From: a virus
Lineage: Duplodnaviria; Heunggongvirae; Uroviricota; Caudoviricetes
Strand: one strand, 5' to 3'
DNA length: 19,671 nucleotides
Virus record (IMG/VR): IMGVR_UViG_2541047866_000010
The notes under the pieces were generated by a model. It was not told where the DNA came from, did no database searches, and worked only from the letters and a program-made list of their open reading frames with translations. Within the stretch, counting starts at the first letter, position 1; each line of letters starts with the position of its first letter. Of this stretch, positions 9,066-16,426 are shown one piece after another. Position numbers and translations under genes: made by a program.

Positions 9066-9251
9066 TTATTTTTTATGCCTGTAACCCCATTCTTCCAGCA
9101 ACCTTGCGGCGTACCACCCAAGAAACAAAGGAAAGAACATTACAATGAGATATTTCCCGCCACGGTCAATGTTCGAAATTGACCAGATTACGATGTAACC
9201 AGTGCAGGACAGGAATATTACAAACCCCAAAAAGCTACTTCGTCGACTCAT
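9066..9251 (-). CDS. Small predicted membrane protein (~61 aa, two hydrophobic segments)
   Basis: ATG at 9251 preceded by AAGGAG at 6 nt; two hydrophobic stretches (FLGFVIFLSCTGYIVIWSI and YLIVMFFPLFLGWYAARLL); start overlaps the stop of the upstream ORF. Confidence 0.4.
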   Translation of the reverse strand: MSRRSSFLGFVIFLSCTGYIVIWSISNIDRGGKYLIVMFFPLFLGWYAARLLEEWGYRHKK

Positions 9252-9253
9252 GC

Positions 9254-9568
9254 TCACTCCTTCACTTTGATTCCAGCGGCGCGGATAGCCTCTACATCGC
9301 TTTCGTATTGCGATTCTGCACCTGAGTCATAGCCAATGTGATAATCACCGGGAAGTGGGCCTTTCTTTGGCTTTTGCAGCTCAATTTCAATAGCTGCTCT
9401 CGATGCCTGCCACGTTTGCCAGTGGCCTTGAACATCGTCCATCACGTATTGACCACCAATATCACCACTGCCAATTTCATGGTGATTTTCAGGGTAACGG
9501 ATAAGGTCTGAAGATTCGCCCCCCACGTCGTAACCAACTCTCTTCAAACTGGCATCTGCTTTCGTCAT
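9254..9568 (-). CDS. Hypothetical protein (104 aa); may be the 3' part of a frameshifted gene together with 9489..9671
   Basis: ATG-initiated ORF with no obvious ribosome-binding site; overlaps the upstream Cys-rich ORF by about 80 nt in a different frame. Confidence 0.35.
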   Translation of the reverse strand: MTKADASLKRVGYDVGGESSDLIRYPENHHEIGSGDIGGQYVMDDVQGHWQTWQASRAAIEIELQKPKKGPLPGDYHIGYDSGAESQYESDVEAIRAAGIKVKE

Positions 9569-9671
9569 CTTTCATAAGGCAGTCACATTCAATAAAAATC
9601 GGCTCTCCCCAAGGAGTAGAACCTCCGCTATCACACATTCCTGTGTTATTGCACTTTTGGCACTTGCTCAC
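9489..9671 (-). CDS. Small Cys-rich protein (CxxC...CxC, zinc-ribbon-like), GTG start with good ribosome-binding site
   Basis: GGAGG 5 nt before GTG at 9671; N-terminus MSKCQKCNNTGMCDSGG...IECDC. The frame ends shortly after a G6 run (9519-9524 on the plus strand as C6). Confidence 0.35.
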   Translation of the reverse strand: MSKCQKCNNTGMCDSGGSTPWGEPIFIECDCLMKDDESRCQFEESWLRRGGRIFRPYPLP

Positions 9672-9683
9672 ATTAACCTCCGA

Positions 9684-9890
9684 TTAACTCACAAAACGCC
9701 ACGCCACTTTTGCTACGACAACAGGCATAACACCGATAATCACCCACAGAAAAATGCTACCGAAAAGCACACCAACCAGGTCTTTACCTTCGCCTACCAA
9801 CCGGACAAAACTGCTGGCAACCACAATGAACGTCGCCACCATCCACATAGCACCGAGAATCCTCAATGCAGAAAAAATCAACTCAACCAC
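9684..9890 (-). CDS. Small predicted membrane protein (68 aa, two hydrophobic segments), GTG start
   Basis: GGAGGG 7 nt upstream of GTG at 9890; two hydrophobic segments; immediately downstream of the helicase terminator. Confidence 0.45.
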   Translation of the reverse strand: MVELIFSALRILGAMWMVATFIVVASSFVRLVGEGKDLVGVLFGSIFLWVIIGVMPVVVAKVAWRFVS

Positions 9891-9905
9891 GATTTACCCT
9901 CCCCC

Positions 9906-9937
9906 AAATAAAAAGGCCTGCGATTACCAGCAGGCCT
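9906..9937 (-). terminator. Rho-independent terminator after the helicase gene (8-bp stem AGGCCTGC/GCAGGCCT, then TTTTATTT on the minus strand)
   Basis: Perfect inverted repeat at 9914-9921 and 9930-9937, followed on the minus strand by a U-rich tract (plus-strand AAATAAAA at 9906-9913). Confidence 0.6.
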
Positions 9938-9962
9938 GTTACAAGCTCAGTGATGTAGATGG

Positions 9963-11339
9963 TCATACGTCAGCCCCTTGTGCATATCGTCTGCCACGCG
10001 CAGCAGGTGCATTTGATGCTGTGCAAATCTGTCTGGCTTCATCCTGGTCACATGCAACAAAGTGTCCGTTGCAGAACCGCTGGTAAACCGTACCAAGTGA
10101 GCCAAAACGGTTTTTCGTCACGATGATTTCAGCAAATGGCGCGGCGCTACTGTTCTCGTCATATACCGCTTCCCGATAGAGCATGATGATTGAGTCTGCG
10201 TCCTGTTCAATGCTTCCTGAATCACGCAAATCTGCGTTTGTCGGGCGTTTGTTTGGTCGCTTCTCAACATCGCGTGAAAGCTGACTCAGGGAAATAACCG
10301 GTGTTTTCAGGTCTTTCGCCATCGCCTTCAGGCTTCCGGAGATGTGAGCAATTGCGAGGTCGTTGCGGTCTGCTTTCGGCTTCTCAATCAGGCCAAGATA
10401 ATCCGCCATGATGAGTGAGAGGTTTGGATTTTCCTGTTTGTGCCGTTCTGCGATTGAGCGTATTTCTTCGACCGATAATCGCGAGGCATCGACTACCCAT
10501 ACATCCAAATCTGCAAGCTGACTCATGCCGTTAGCAACACGTGCCCAGCCCTCGTCATCCATCGATGCAGGATTTCGCAGTACGCTAACCGACATCCTCC
10601 CGGCGTTGGCAATGCTTCGCTCTGCAATCTGCAATGCGCTCATTTCCATTGAGAAAATCAATACCCCGCGCCGGACGTCAGAACCAGGAATAACGCGGCT
10701 TGCAACGCCTTCGGCAATCTTCAGCGCCAGTTCGGTTTTCCCCATACCAGGACGAGCAGCGATTATCACCAGGTCTTCCGCGTTCATCCCTCCGGTGATG
10801 GCATCAAGTTCTTCGATTCCGGTCTTCAGGGTATCGGACTCTTCTCCGTTCCTCAGACGCCTGTCAAGCGTGTCAGTGTAGTCGGTGATGATTTCCCCTA
10901 ACCGTACAGGTTTAACCTCGTCACGGGGCTTTCTGATGGCTGAGAGACGTTTTACAAGTTCATCCATCGCCTGACTCGATGCGTCGATGGTTCCGCTTTG
11001 GATTGGTTCACGCATTTCATCCATGATTTCCAGCACCAGACGGCGGTGATAGTTATCCGCGACCATTCCGGCATATCCCTTCAGGTTTGCGGCGCTCGGG
11101 CAGTTTTTGCTGGTCATCAGGATTGACGTGAAATGCTCCTCTCCGCACGCCTCGGCAACCATCAGCGCGTCGATTAGGTTTCTGTTTCTCGCCTGCTTCC
11201 GGATAACCTCGAAGGCTTTCCGGTAGAGCGGAATTGAAAACGCTTCCGGCTCCAGCGTTGCAAGAACGTCACTGGCGGTTGGAGTTAATCCACCAATCAG
11301 CAGGCCACCGATAACGCTCGCTTCGATATCCTGTCTCAT
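9963..11339 (-). CDS. Replicative DNA helicase, DnaB family (P22 gene 12-like)
   Basis: 458 aa with Walker [16 protein letters not shown], DnaB-like N-terminal domain and RecA-like C-terminal motifs. ATGA overlap with the initiator gene. Confidence 0.9.
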   Translation of the reverse strand: MRQDIEASVIGGLLIGGLTPTASDVLATLEPEAFSIPLYRKAFEVIRKQARNRNLIDALMVAEACGEEHFTSILMTSKNCPSAANLKGYAGMVADNYHRRLVLEIMDEMREPIQSGTIDASSQAMDELVKRLSAIRKPRDEVKPVRLGEIITDYTDTLDRRLRNGEESDTLKTGIEELDAITGGMNAEDLVIIAARPGMGKTELALKIAEGVASRVIPGSDVRRGVLIFSMEMSALQIAERSIANAGRMSVSVLRNPASMDDEGWARVANGMSQLADLDVWVVDASRLSVEEIRSIAERHKQENPNLSLIMADYLGLIEKPKADRNDLAIAHISGSLKAMAKDLKTPVISLSQLSRDVEKRPNKRPTNADLRDSGSIEQDADSIIMLYREAVYDENSSAAPFAEIIVTKNRFGSLGTVYQRFCNGHFVACDQDEARQICTASNAPAARGRRYAQGADV

Positions 11340-12283
11340 GCAATCCCCCTGTCTGCAAACTTCCCTTCCCGAACTCCCGTTAACGAGTCTTCTCTCAGCA
11401 GGTAATCAAAATCAGCCGTCCAGCCCGTGTCGTTGTCTCCGAAGTAAAACGGCTTGGCCTGATGCACAAACGCCCTGACATACGCTCTGAAACCGTCCAC
11501 GTTTGGCGTTTTCAGTTGCGGGATGATTTTCTTCAGGCGGCGTTTTCGTTTCTCGTTGACCGCAACAGCGTGTGGCAGTCTGTCACCGACTTCGGTGTTG
11601 TAGGCGTTCAGGAAGGATTCGTAGTCGATTCGTTCTGCCTTGCGACGTTCAGGTTTAACCTGCCCATCGCCTCCCCCATTGGGGGGTAGGGGGGTATTAT
11701 TTATATTCTTGTTAATACCTTCTTGTTCATGATGTGCGGTTGTTTGTGCGGCTTCATGTGCGCTTTCATGTGCGGCATGTACGCTGAAAGCCGCGCTATT
11801 GCTGGCTTCATCATGTGCGGCATCATGTGCGGTTGTTTGTGCGGCTTCATGTGCGGGTAAATTGTCCATTTTTTGAGCATATTCATGGTAATTTGTGATG
11901 GTTATCACACGGCCTTTTTGCTTCTCTCCATCAATGGAGATCATCCCCTCTTTCACAAAAACCTGAAGCATCCGCTCAACCTGATCACGGCTTGCTGGCT
12001 TGCCATGTCTGTCGCATAACTGAAGACCTAAATCAGCTGCTGTCACAACCAGTTGACCGGGTTGCAGATGCCATTCATGACCTTTGAAATTCGCTTTGTA
12101 TGGCTTTCTGGCGGCATTCAGGAGAAGGTTTTCCCACAGGGTGCGAAGATAAACATCTTTCGCCCATGACTGTTTCAGAATGCTCCGGTACAACGGAATG
12201 TAACCAGTTTTCTGGTTCTCCATCCTGTTGCTCCTGCGCTCGTGTGCGGCGCTGAAATCGTAGATTTTTGCTGTATTGCTCAT
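11336..12283 (-). CDS. Replication initiator / replisome organiser (O-like, P22 gene 18-like); alternative start MENQ at 12223 has the better ribosome-binding site
   Basis: Lies between cII and the helicase; iteron-like repeats sit inside the coding sequence (encoding an Ala/His-rich linker), as in lambda O. Confidence 0.65.
   Translation of the reverse strand: MSNTAKIYDFSAAHERRSNRMENQKTGYIPLYRSILKQSWAKDVYLRTLWENLLLNAARKPYKANFKGHEWHLQPGQLVVTAADLGLQLCDRHGKPASRDQVERMLQVFVKEGMISIDGEKQKGRVITITNYHEYAQKMDNLPAHEAAQTTAHDAAHDEASNSAAFSVHAAHESAHEAAQTTAHHEQEGINKNINNTPLPPNGGGDGQVKPERRKAERIDYESFLNAYNTEVGDRLPHAVAVNEKRKRRLKKIIPQLKTPNVDGFRAYVRAFVHQAKPFYFGDNDTGWTADFDYLLREDSLTGVREGKFADRGIA
11727..11857. repeat. 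Candidate replication origin: about eight tandem CATGTGCGG-type units, including a ~35-bp segment duplicated at 11727-11762 and 11821-11857, flanked by an AT-rich stretch (11690-11726)
   Basis: Direct repeats with 11-13 bp periodicity visible in the DNA, inside the O-like gene, adjacent to TATTATTTATATTCTTGTTAATACC. Confidence 0.55.
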
Positions 12284-12285
12284 AA

Positions 12286-12558
12286 CTACCTGCCTTGACG
12301 AAAGACCTTAAGAACATCGTTAAACTGACTTACGGATATGTCTTCTTTGAGAAGCTTTTCCAGAAATGCGTTTGGAATGAACGTATATCCCTCCTCTTTT
12401 GGTAGAGACGGGAGCAACGCCCTCGCCTCAGCCTTCAGAAGCTCAGTTCTGGCAACTTTCACAAAAGAGATTTGAGTTCTTTCATCAATGGAACGAAGGA
12501 AGCGCAAACGCTTAGCTTCTTTGTGTGTATCAGGTGGATTAAAGCCTTTGTTTCGCAT
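12286..12558 (-). CDS. Hypothetical protein (90 aa) between cII and the initiator gene
   Basis: ATG at 12558 with GAGG 7 nt upstream; the track ORF (181 aa) extends further upstream from an unlikely start. Confidence 0.4.
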   Translation of the reverse strand: MRNKGFNPPDTHKEAKRLRFLRSIDERTQISFVKVARTELLKAEARALLPSLPKEEGYTFIPNAFLEKLLKEDISVSQFNDVLKVFRQGR

Positions 12559-12580
12559 ATAATTACCTCGTTGGATGTTG

Positions 12581-12874
12581 TTAAAATTCCATTTGTATTT
12601 GATCAGAACGCTCGGTTGCCGCCGGGCGTTTTTTATTGGTGAGAATCGAAGCAACTTGTCGTGCCAATCGAGCCATGTCGTCGTCGACAACACCCCATTC
12701 AAGAACAGCAAGCAGCATTGAGAACTTTGGAATCCAGTCCCTCTTCCACCTGCTGATCTGCGACTTATCAACGCCCACAGCTTCCGCTGTCTTCTCAGTT
12801 CCAAGCATTGCGATTTTGTTAAGCAACGCACTCTCGATTCTTAGAGCCTCGTTGCGTTTGTTTGCACGAACCAT
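12581..12874 (-). CDS. cII: Transcriptional activator CII (lambda type)
   Basis: From ATG at 12874: MVRANKRNEALRIESALLNKIAMLGTEKTAEAVGVDKSQISRWKRDWIPKFSMLLAVLEWGVVDDDMARLARQV..., essentially lambda CII as recalled. Confidence 0.9.
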   Translation of the reverse strand: MVRANKRNEALRIESALLNKIAMLGTEKTAEAVGVDKSQISRWKRDWIPKFSMLLAVLEWGVVDDDMARLARQVASILTNKKRPAATERSDQIQMEF

Positions 12875-12931
12875 ATGTAAGTATTTCCTTAACAAATAAG
12901 AAGTTATGCGCATCAACTTATGCGCGTTGTA

Positions 12932-12975
12932 TTCCCGCATTTCGGCGGGAATGAGGACCATGACTGTTAAAGAGC
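12932..12975 (-). promoter_or_regulatory. nutR (boxA GCTCTTTA plus boxB hairpin TTCCCGC-loop-GCGGGAA)
   Basis: Between cro and cII on the minus strand. The same boxA/boxB pair recurs on the plus strand at 14067-14107. Confidence 0.6.
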
Positions 12976-12982
12976 AATTTGC

Positions 12983-13168
12983 TTATGCCGCTTTGCGGTA
13001 AGCGCTTTCTTGATACATCAGGGCGCCAGCTGTAACGACTTCCAGTCGATAGGCGTCTTTCTCTGGGATGACTTCCTTCCACTGAGAGACTGCTGCGTCG
13101 CTAATGCCTAACGCTTTAGCTACAGCACGCTGGGTTCCGAAGTGGTCGATAACATCTTTCTTGTACAT
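12983..13168 (-). CDS. cro: Cro repressor (P22 type)
   Basis: 61 aa MYKKDVIDHFGTQRAVAKALGISDAAVSQWKEVIPEKDAYRLE..., matching P22 Cro as recalled; divergent from c2. Confidence 0.9.
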   Translation of the reverse strand: MYKKDVIDHFGTQRAVAKALGISDAAVSQWKEVIPEKDAYRLEVVTAGALMYQESAYRKAA

Positions 13169-13182
13169 AGACTCGCTCCGAA

Positions 13183-13248
13183 ATTAAAGAACACTTAAAT
13201 TATCCACTAAAGGAATCTTAAGTCAAGTTTATTTAAGATGTCTTAACT
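13183..13248. promoter_or_regulatory. OR operator region with three 18-bp P22-type operators (13183-13200, 13206-13223, 13231-13248); divergent PR/PRM promoters
   Basis: ATTAAAGAACACTTAAAT, ACTAAAGGAATCTTAAGT and ATTTAAGATGTCTTAACT all fit ANTNAAGNNNNCTTNANT. The c2 ATG at 13249 directly abuts the third operator, implying a leaderless PRM transcript. Confidence 0.75.
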
Positions 13249-13899
13249 ATGAAAACTCAATTGATGGGAGAGCGCATTCGCGCTCGGAGAAAAGAACTCA
13301 AGATCAGGCAGGCCGCACTTGGAAAGATGGTCGGCGTGTCTAATGTTGCCATATCTCAGTGGGAACGCTCTGAGACAGAGCCAAATGGAGAGAATCTTCT
13401 CGCCCTGGCTAATGCGTTGAAGTGTTCCCCTGACTATCTGATGAAAGGAGAGGAAAGTCTTTCAAACATTGCCTATCACAGTAGGCATGATCCAAGAGGG
13501 TCATACCCTCTGATTAGCTGGGTGAGCGCAGGATGCTGGATGGAAGCTGTAGAACCATATCATAAGCGTGCAATAGATAACTGGTACGATACAACCGTAG
13601 ACTGTTCAGAAGATTCGTTTTGGTTGGACGTGAAGGGAGACTCAATGACGGCTCCGGCCGGTCTCAGTATCCCTGAAGGAATGATAATACTCGTCGATCC
13701 TGAAGTAGAGCCGCGTAACGGGAAACTGGTAGTTGCAAAGCTCGAAGGAGAAAACGAGGCAACTTTCAAGAAGTTAGTTATTGATGCAGGCAGGAAGTTT
13801 CTAAAACCACTTAACCCACAATATCCGATGATCGAGATCAACGGAAACTGCAAAATCATCGGCGTAGTTGTCGATGCAAAACTAGCAAACCTTCCATAA
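13249..13899 (+). CDS. c2: Prophage repressor C2 (P22 type; LexA-like S24 peptidase C-terminal domain)
   Basis: 216 aa MKTQLMGERIRARRKELKIRQAALGKMVGVSNVAISQWERSETEPNGENLLAL..., near-identical to P22 C2 as recalled. Confidence 0.95.
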   Translation: MKTQLMGERIRARRKELKIRQAALGKMVGVSNVAISQWERSETEPNGENLLALANALKCSPDYLMKGEESLSNIAYHSRHDPRGSYPLISWVSAGCWMEAVEPYHKRAIDNWYDTTVDCSEDSFWLDVKGDSMTAPAGLSIPEGMIILVDPEVEPRNGKLVVAKLEGENEATFKKLVIDAGRKFLKPLNPQYPMIEINGNCKIIGVVVDAKLANLP

Positions 13900-13923
13900 G
13901 GGGGCATTCGCCCCTTTTTTTTT
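13900..13923 (+). terminator. Rho-independent terminator downstream of c2 (GGGGC-ATTC-GCCCC then T9)
   Basis: Hairpin at 13901-13914 followed by nine T at 13915-13923, directly after the c2 stop. Confidence 0.65.
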
Positions 13924-13958
13924 ATTTCCTTTAAAAATCAAAGCCAAACTTAAGTTAC

Positions 13959-14020
13959 GAAAGAAAATTTAAGTTTTCTTCAAAAATGCTCTTGACCATT
14001 AATTAAAGAGATCTTAAATT
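13959..14020 (+). promoter_or_regulatory. OL/PL region: P22-type operator (14002-14019) overlapping PL (-35 TTGACC 13992-13997, -10 TAAATT 14015-14020); second near-consensus operator around 13959-13976
   Basis: ATTAAAGAGATCTTAAAT matches the 18-bp consensus exactly; promoter hexamers have 17-nt spacing and point toward N. Confidence 0.5.
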
Positions 14021-14066
14021 TAAGCCATCAGCAGGACGCTGGAAGCCAAACGGAACAGATTGGCAG

Positions 14067-14107
14067 GCTCTTTAACATTGATGGGATTGTCCCGCCGAAA
14101 TGCGGGA
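14067..14107 (+). promoter_or_regulatory. nutL (boxA GCTCTTTA plus boxB hairpin CCCGC-CGAAAT-GCGGG)
   Basis: Same boxA and identical boxB hairpin as nutR, located between PL and the N-like gene. Confidence 0.65.
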
Positions 14108-14420
14108 ACCAAAGAGTAGTTGGCTTTGGGGTGACGTGAAGTGCAGCTGCACGACGGCAACCGGAAGATAAGCACCCGGCGCGTCACCGCCAAAGTCAAT
14201 TCCATAGGCGTTATGCAGCCGCCACCATATTCAAGAAAGCTGCACAAGAGGTAGGAGGATTTATGTGAATGCATAACTTCAAAACCGAGGTTAATTAAAT
14301 CTCTCGATCCGAGCATCGACCTATTAGGTGGCGAGATGCTCTTTCTGCCCCTCAGTTCGAGGGGCCAGAAACCACTTTGCAATCACTATCAATTCCAAAG
14401 TTGTTTCATCGGAGGTCAAC

Positions 14421-14720
14421 ATGACAGTAGTCATTACATATCTGGCTGACGATAACGCCAGAAATCGCCGCAGAGCACGCAGACAGGCTCAACGTGAACA
14501 GGCGATGCAAGAACAGCGACTGGCGCGAAAAATTGCGCTAAAGCTCTCTGGTTGCGTCAGAGCGGATAAAGCAGCATCACTCGGAATCCTTCGCTGCAAG
14601 AAGGCAGATGAAGTCGAGAGTAAACAGAATCGTATTTACTACCGCAAGCCACGCAGTGAAATGGGTGTGACTTGTGTTGGTCGCCAGAAAATGAAATTAG
14701 GCAGCAAACCACTTATTTGA
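14421..14720 (+). CDS. N: N-like transcription antiterminator (arginine-rich motif)
   Basis: From ATG at 14421 (GGAGG 5-6 nt upstream): MTVVITYLADDNARNRRRARRQAQREQAMQEQR..., an arginine-rich motif like lambda/P22 N proteins. First gene after PL/nutL. Confidence 0.65.
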   Translation: MTVVITYLADDNARNRRRARRQAQREQAMQEQRLARKIALKLSGCVRADKAASLGILRCKKADEVESKQNRIYYRKPRSEMGVTCVGRQKMKLGSKPLI

Positions 14721-14728
14721 GGTGATAT

Positions 14729-15199
14729 ATGACAAAATCATGGAGCGTACCTTTTCCTGAATCAGAAACTGAACATGATGGAATGCCTGTTTTCTGGAGA
14801 TTCCAAGCGACAGTTGAAGAAGATGGAATCAAAATATTCGCACTTCAATATATAGCTTTTCATCAGACAGAGCATTATGCATGGTTGGTTCCTGCGCATT
14901 GGATTGTTAATTTTAAACCAGCACCAAATCAGTGGTTACAGGAATGGAAACAAAGGAGAAATAGATATGCAATTAAGAAAGTAGCAAAAAATGCAGAAAG
15001 ATCTTTTGCATTCCCGACGAAGAAACTTGCCATTGAAAGTTTATTGCGCCGGAAGAAATACCATTTGATGAGAATCAAACAAGATTTGGCTGTTGTATCA
15101 ACTCTTGTTGATGGGATGAAGAATATTGATACATCAACACCAGGTATTGAATATAACTTTGGACACAACCAAGAAACAGAAAACTGGGTGTTTTATTAG
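14729..15199 (+). CDS. Hypothetical protein (156 aa), AT-rich accessory gene directly downstream of N
   Basis: ATG at 14729 with GAGGTG upstream; coding region visibly AT-rich relative to neighbours; no recognisable motifs. Confidence 0.5.
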   Translation: MTKSWSVPFPESETEHDGMPVFWRFQATVEEDGIKIFALQYIAFHQTEHYAWLVPAHWIVNFKPAPNQWLQEWKQRRNRYAIKKVAKNAERSFAFPTKKLAIESLLRRKKYHLMRIKQDLAVVSTLVDGMKNIDTSTPGIEYNFGHNQETENWVFY

Positions 15200-15303
15200 T
15201 ACGAATAAGCACTGTGTATTCATTCCAACGAGTGAATACACGGAGCAATGTCGCTCGTAACTAAACAGGAGCCGACTTGTTCTGATTATTGGAAATCTTC
15301 TTT

Positions 15304-15327
15304 GCCCTCCAGTGTGAGGGCTTTTTT
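15304..15327 (+). terminator. Rho-independent terminator (GCCCTC-CAGTGT-GAGGGC then T6)
   Basis: Perfect 6-bp GC-rich stem at 15304-15309 and 15316-15321, followed by TTTTTT at 15322-15327. Lies inside the PL operon, like lambda tL-type terminators that N-modified polymerase reads through. Confidence 0.6.
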
Positions 15328-15393
15328 ATATGCATACCAATAACGCTTCACTCGAGGCGTTTTCGTTATGCAATCAAACAGAAGGAGCATCCT

Positions 15394-15564
15394 ATGCAAC
15401 AGTTCGCTATTGCAGGGGCGGCATCGGTTCGCCCTTTCAACCCGATTTTATCGGTACAGCATTCACGAAAAAACATTTTAACCGGAGCAGACTTTAAACA
15501 ACCAAGAATGAAAAGCTTGCTCGAAAAGCTTTGGGATATTTTGAAACAACAAGGCCGTCCATGA
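15394..15564 (+). CDS. Small protein (56 aa), possibly CIII-like
   Basis: AAGGAG 7 nt before ATG. N-terminus MQQFAIAGAAS and SLLEKLWDILKQQG loosely resemble lambda CIII (MQYAIAGWPVAG...ESLLERITRKL...LIDILNQPG). Weak. Confidence 0.35.
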   Translation: MQQFAIAGAASVRPFNPILSVQHSRKNILTGADFKQPRMKSLLEKLWDILKQQGRP

Positions 15565-15719
15565 GTTTTACGGATAACTGGTCAGACGAAGAATTCATTC
15601 GTCAGATAAAAGAATTAATCGGTAACGAAGGAGATATTCATGTCACTTGCAACCACAGTGAAGGAGAGCAAGTTACAGAGACGCATGTACACGCAGAAAG
15701 CTCTCTGGTATCGCCATAA
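15561..15719 (+). CDS. Small hypothetical protein (52 aa), translationally coupled (ATGA) to the upstream gene
   Basis: ATG at 15561 overlaps the upstream stop; acidic; position corresponds to the kil/arf slot upstream of erf in P22-like phages (positional inference only). Confidence 0.3.
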   Translation: MSFTDNWSDEEFIRQIKELIGNEGDIHVTCNHSEGEQVTETHVHAESSLVSP

Positions 15720-15820
15720 TGGTGACCGCGAAGGAATGCGGGTATGCCTTAATTTGTCCCGAGTCGAAGTATTAAATCAGCGTTATTTCCTTGGGCCGTG
15801 TCCATTCTGAGAGCAATCAT

Positions 15821-16426
15821 ATGAGCAAAGAATTTTACGCAAGACTGGCAGCTATTCAGGAGAATCTGAACGCGCCAAAGAATCAGTACAACTCATTCGG
15901 CAAATATAAATACAGAAGCTGCGAAGATATTCTTGAAGGCGTTAAGCCGTTACTGAACGGTCTGTTTTTATCAATCAGCGATGAAGTTGTGTTGATTGGT
16001 GATCGGTATTACGTGAAAGCCACGGCAACTATTACCGATGGCGAAAACAGTCATACGGCAACCGCTCTTGCACGAGAGGAAGAAAGCAAGAAAGGAATGG
16101 ATTCTGCACAAGTTACGGGAGCTACAAGCTCTTATGCACGCAAGTATTGCCTCAATGGTTTGTTCGGCATTGATGATGCGAAAGATGCAGATACAGACGA
16201 GCATAAACATCAGCAGAACGCAGCAGCAAAGCAATCAAAACCATCACTTACACCTGAACAGGTTCTAAAAGCATTCACTGACGCAGCAATGCAGAAAAAC
16301 ACCGTAGAAGAGCTTAAACAGGCGTTCGCCAAAGCGTGGAAGATGCTCGAAGGGACGCCGGAGCAGCACAAAGCGCAGGACGTTTACAACATCAGACGAG
16401 ACGAATTAGAAGGGGCAACTGCTTAA
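15821..16426 (+). CDS. erf: Erf single-strand annealing recombinase (P22 Erf-like)
   Basis: From ATG at 15821: MSKEFYARLAAIQENLNAPKNQYNSFGKYKYRSCEDILEGVKPLLNGLFLSISDEVVLIGDRYYVKATATITDGENSH..., matching P22 Erf as recalled. Confidence 0.9.
   Translation: MSKEFYARLAAIQENLNAPKNQYNSFGKYKYRSCEDILEGVKPLLNGLFLSISDEVVLIGDRYYVKATATITDGENSHTATALAREEESKKGMDSAQVTGATSSYARKYCLNGLFGIDDAKDADTDEHKHQQNAAAKQSKPSLTPEQVLKAFTDAAMQKNTVEELKQAFAKAWKMLEGTPEQHKAQDVYNIRRDELEGATA

Noticed and set aside
10525-10881. 118-aa plus-strand ORF inside the helicase gene
   Set aside because: Antisense to the DnaB-family helicase, which has unambiguous motifs.
11701-11886. 61-aa His/Met/Lys-rich minus-strand ORF
   Set aside because: It is an alternative-frame translation of the iteron repeats inside the O-like gene; the periodic composition reflects the DNA repeats.
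12581-12961. Extended 126-aa version of cII starting at 12961
   Set aside because: The upstream extension would read through nutR; lambda CII begins at MVRANK (12874), and that start fits the expected size.
14020-14382. 120-aa minus-strand ORF spanning PL, nutL and the N leader
   Set aside because: Antisense to a region dense in regulatory sites (operator, nutL, boxB hairpins); low-complexity translation; no ribosome-binding site.
14328-14420. N-terminal extension of the N-like ORF from 14328
   Set aside because: The ATG at 14421 has a GGAGG ribosome-binding site and begins the arginine-rich motif; the extension would translate through the boxA/boxB-like hairpin.
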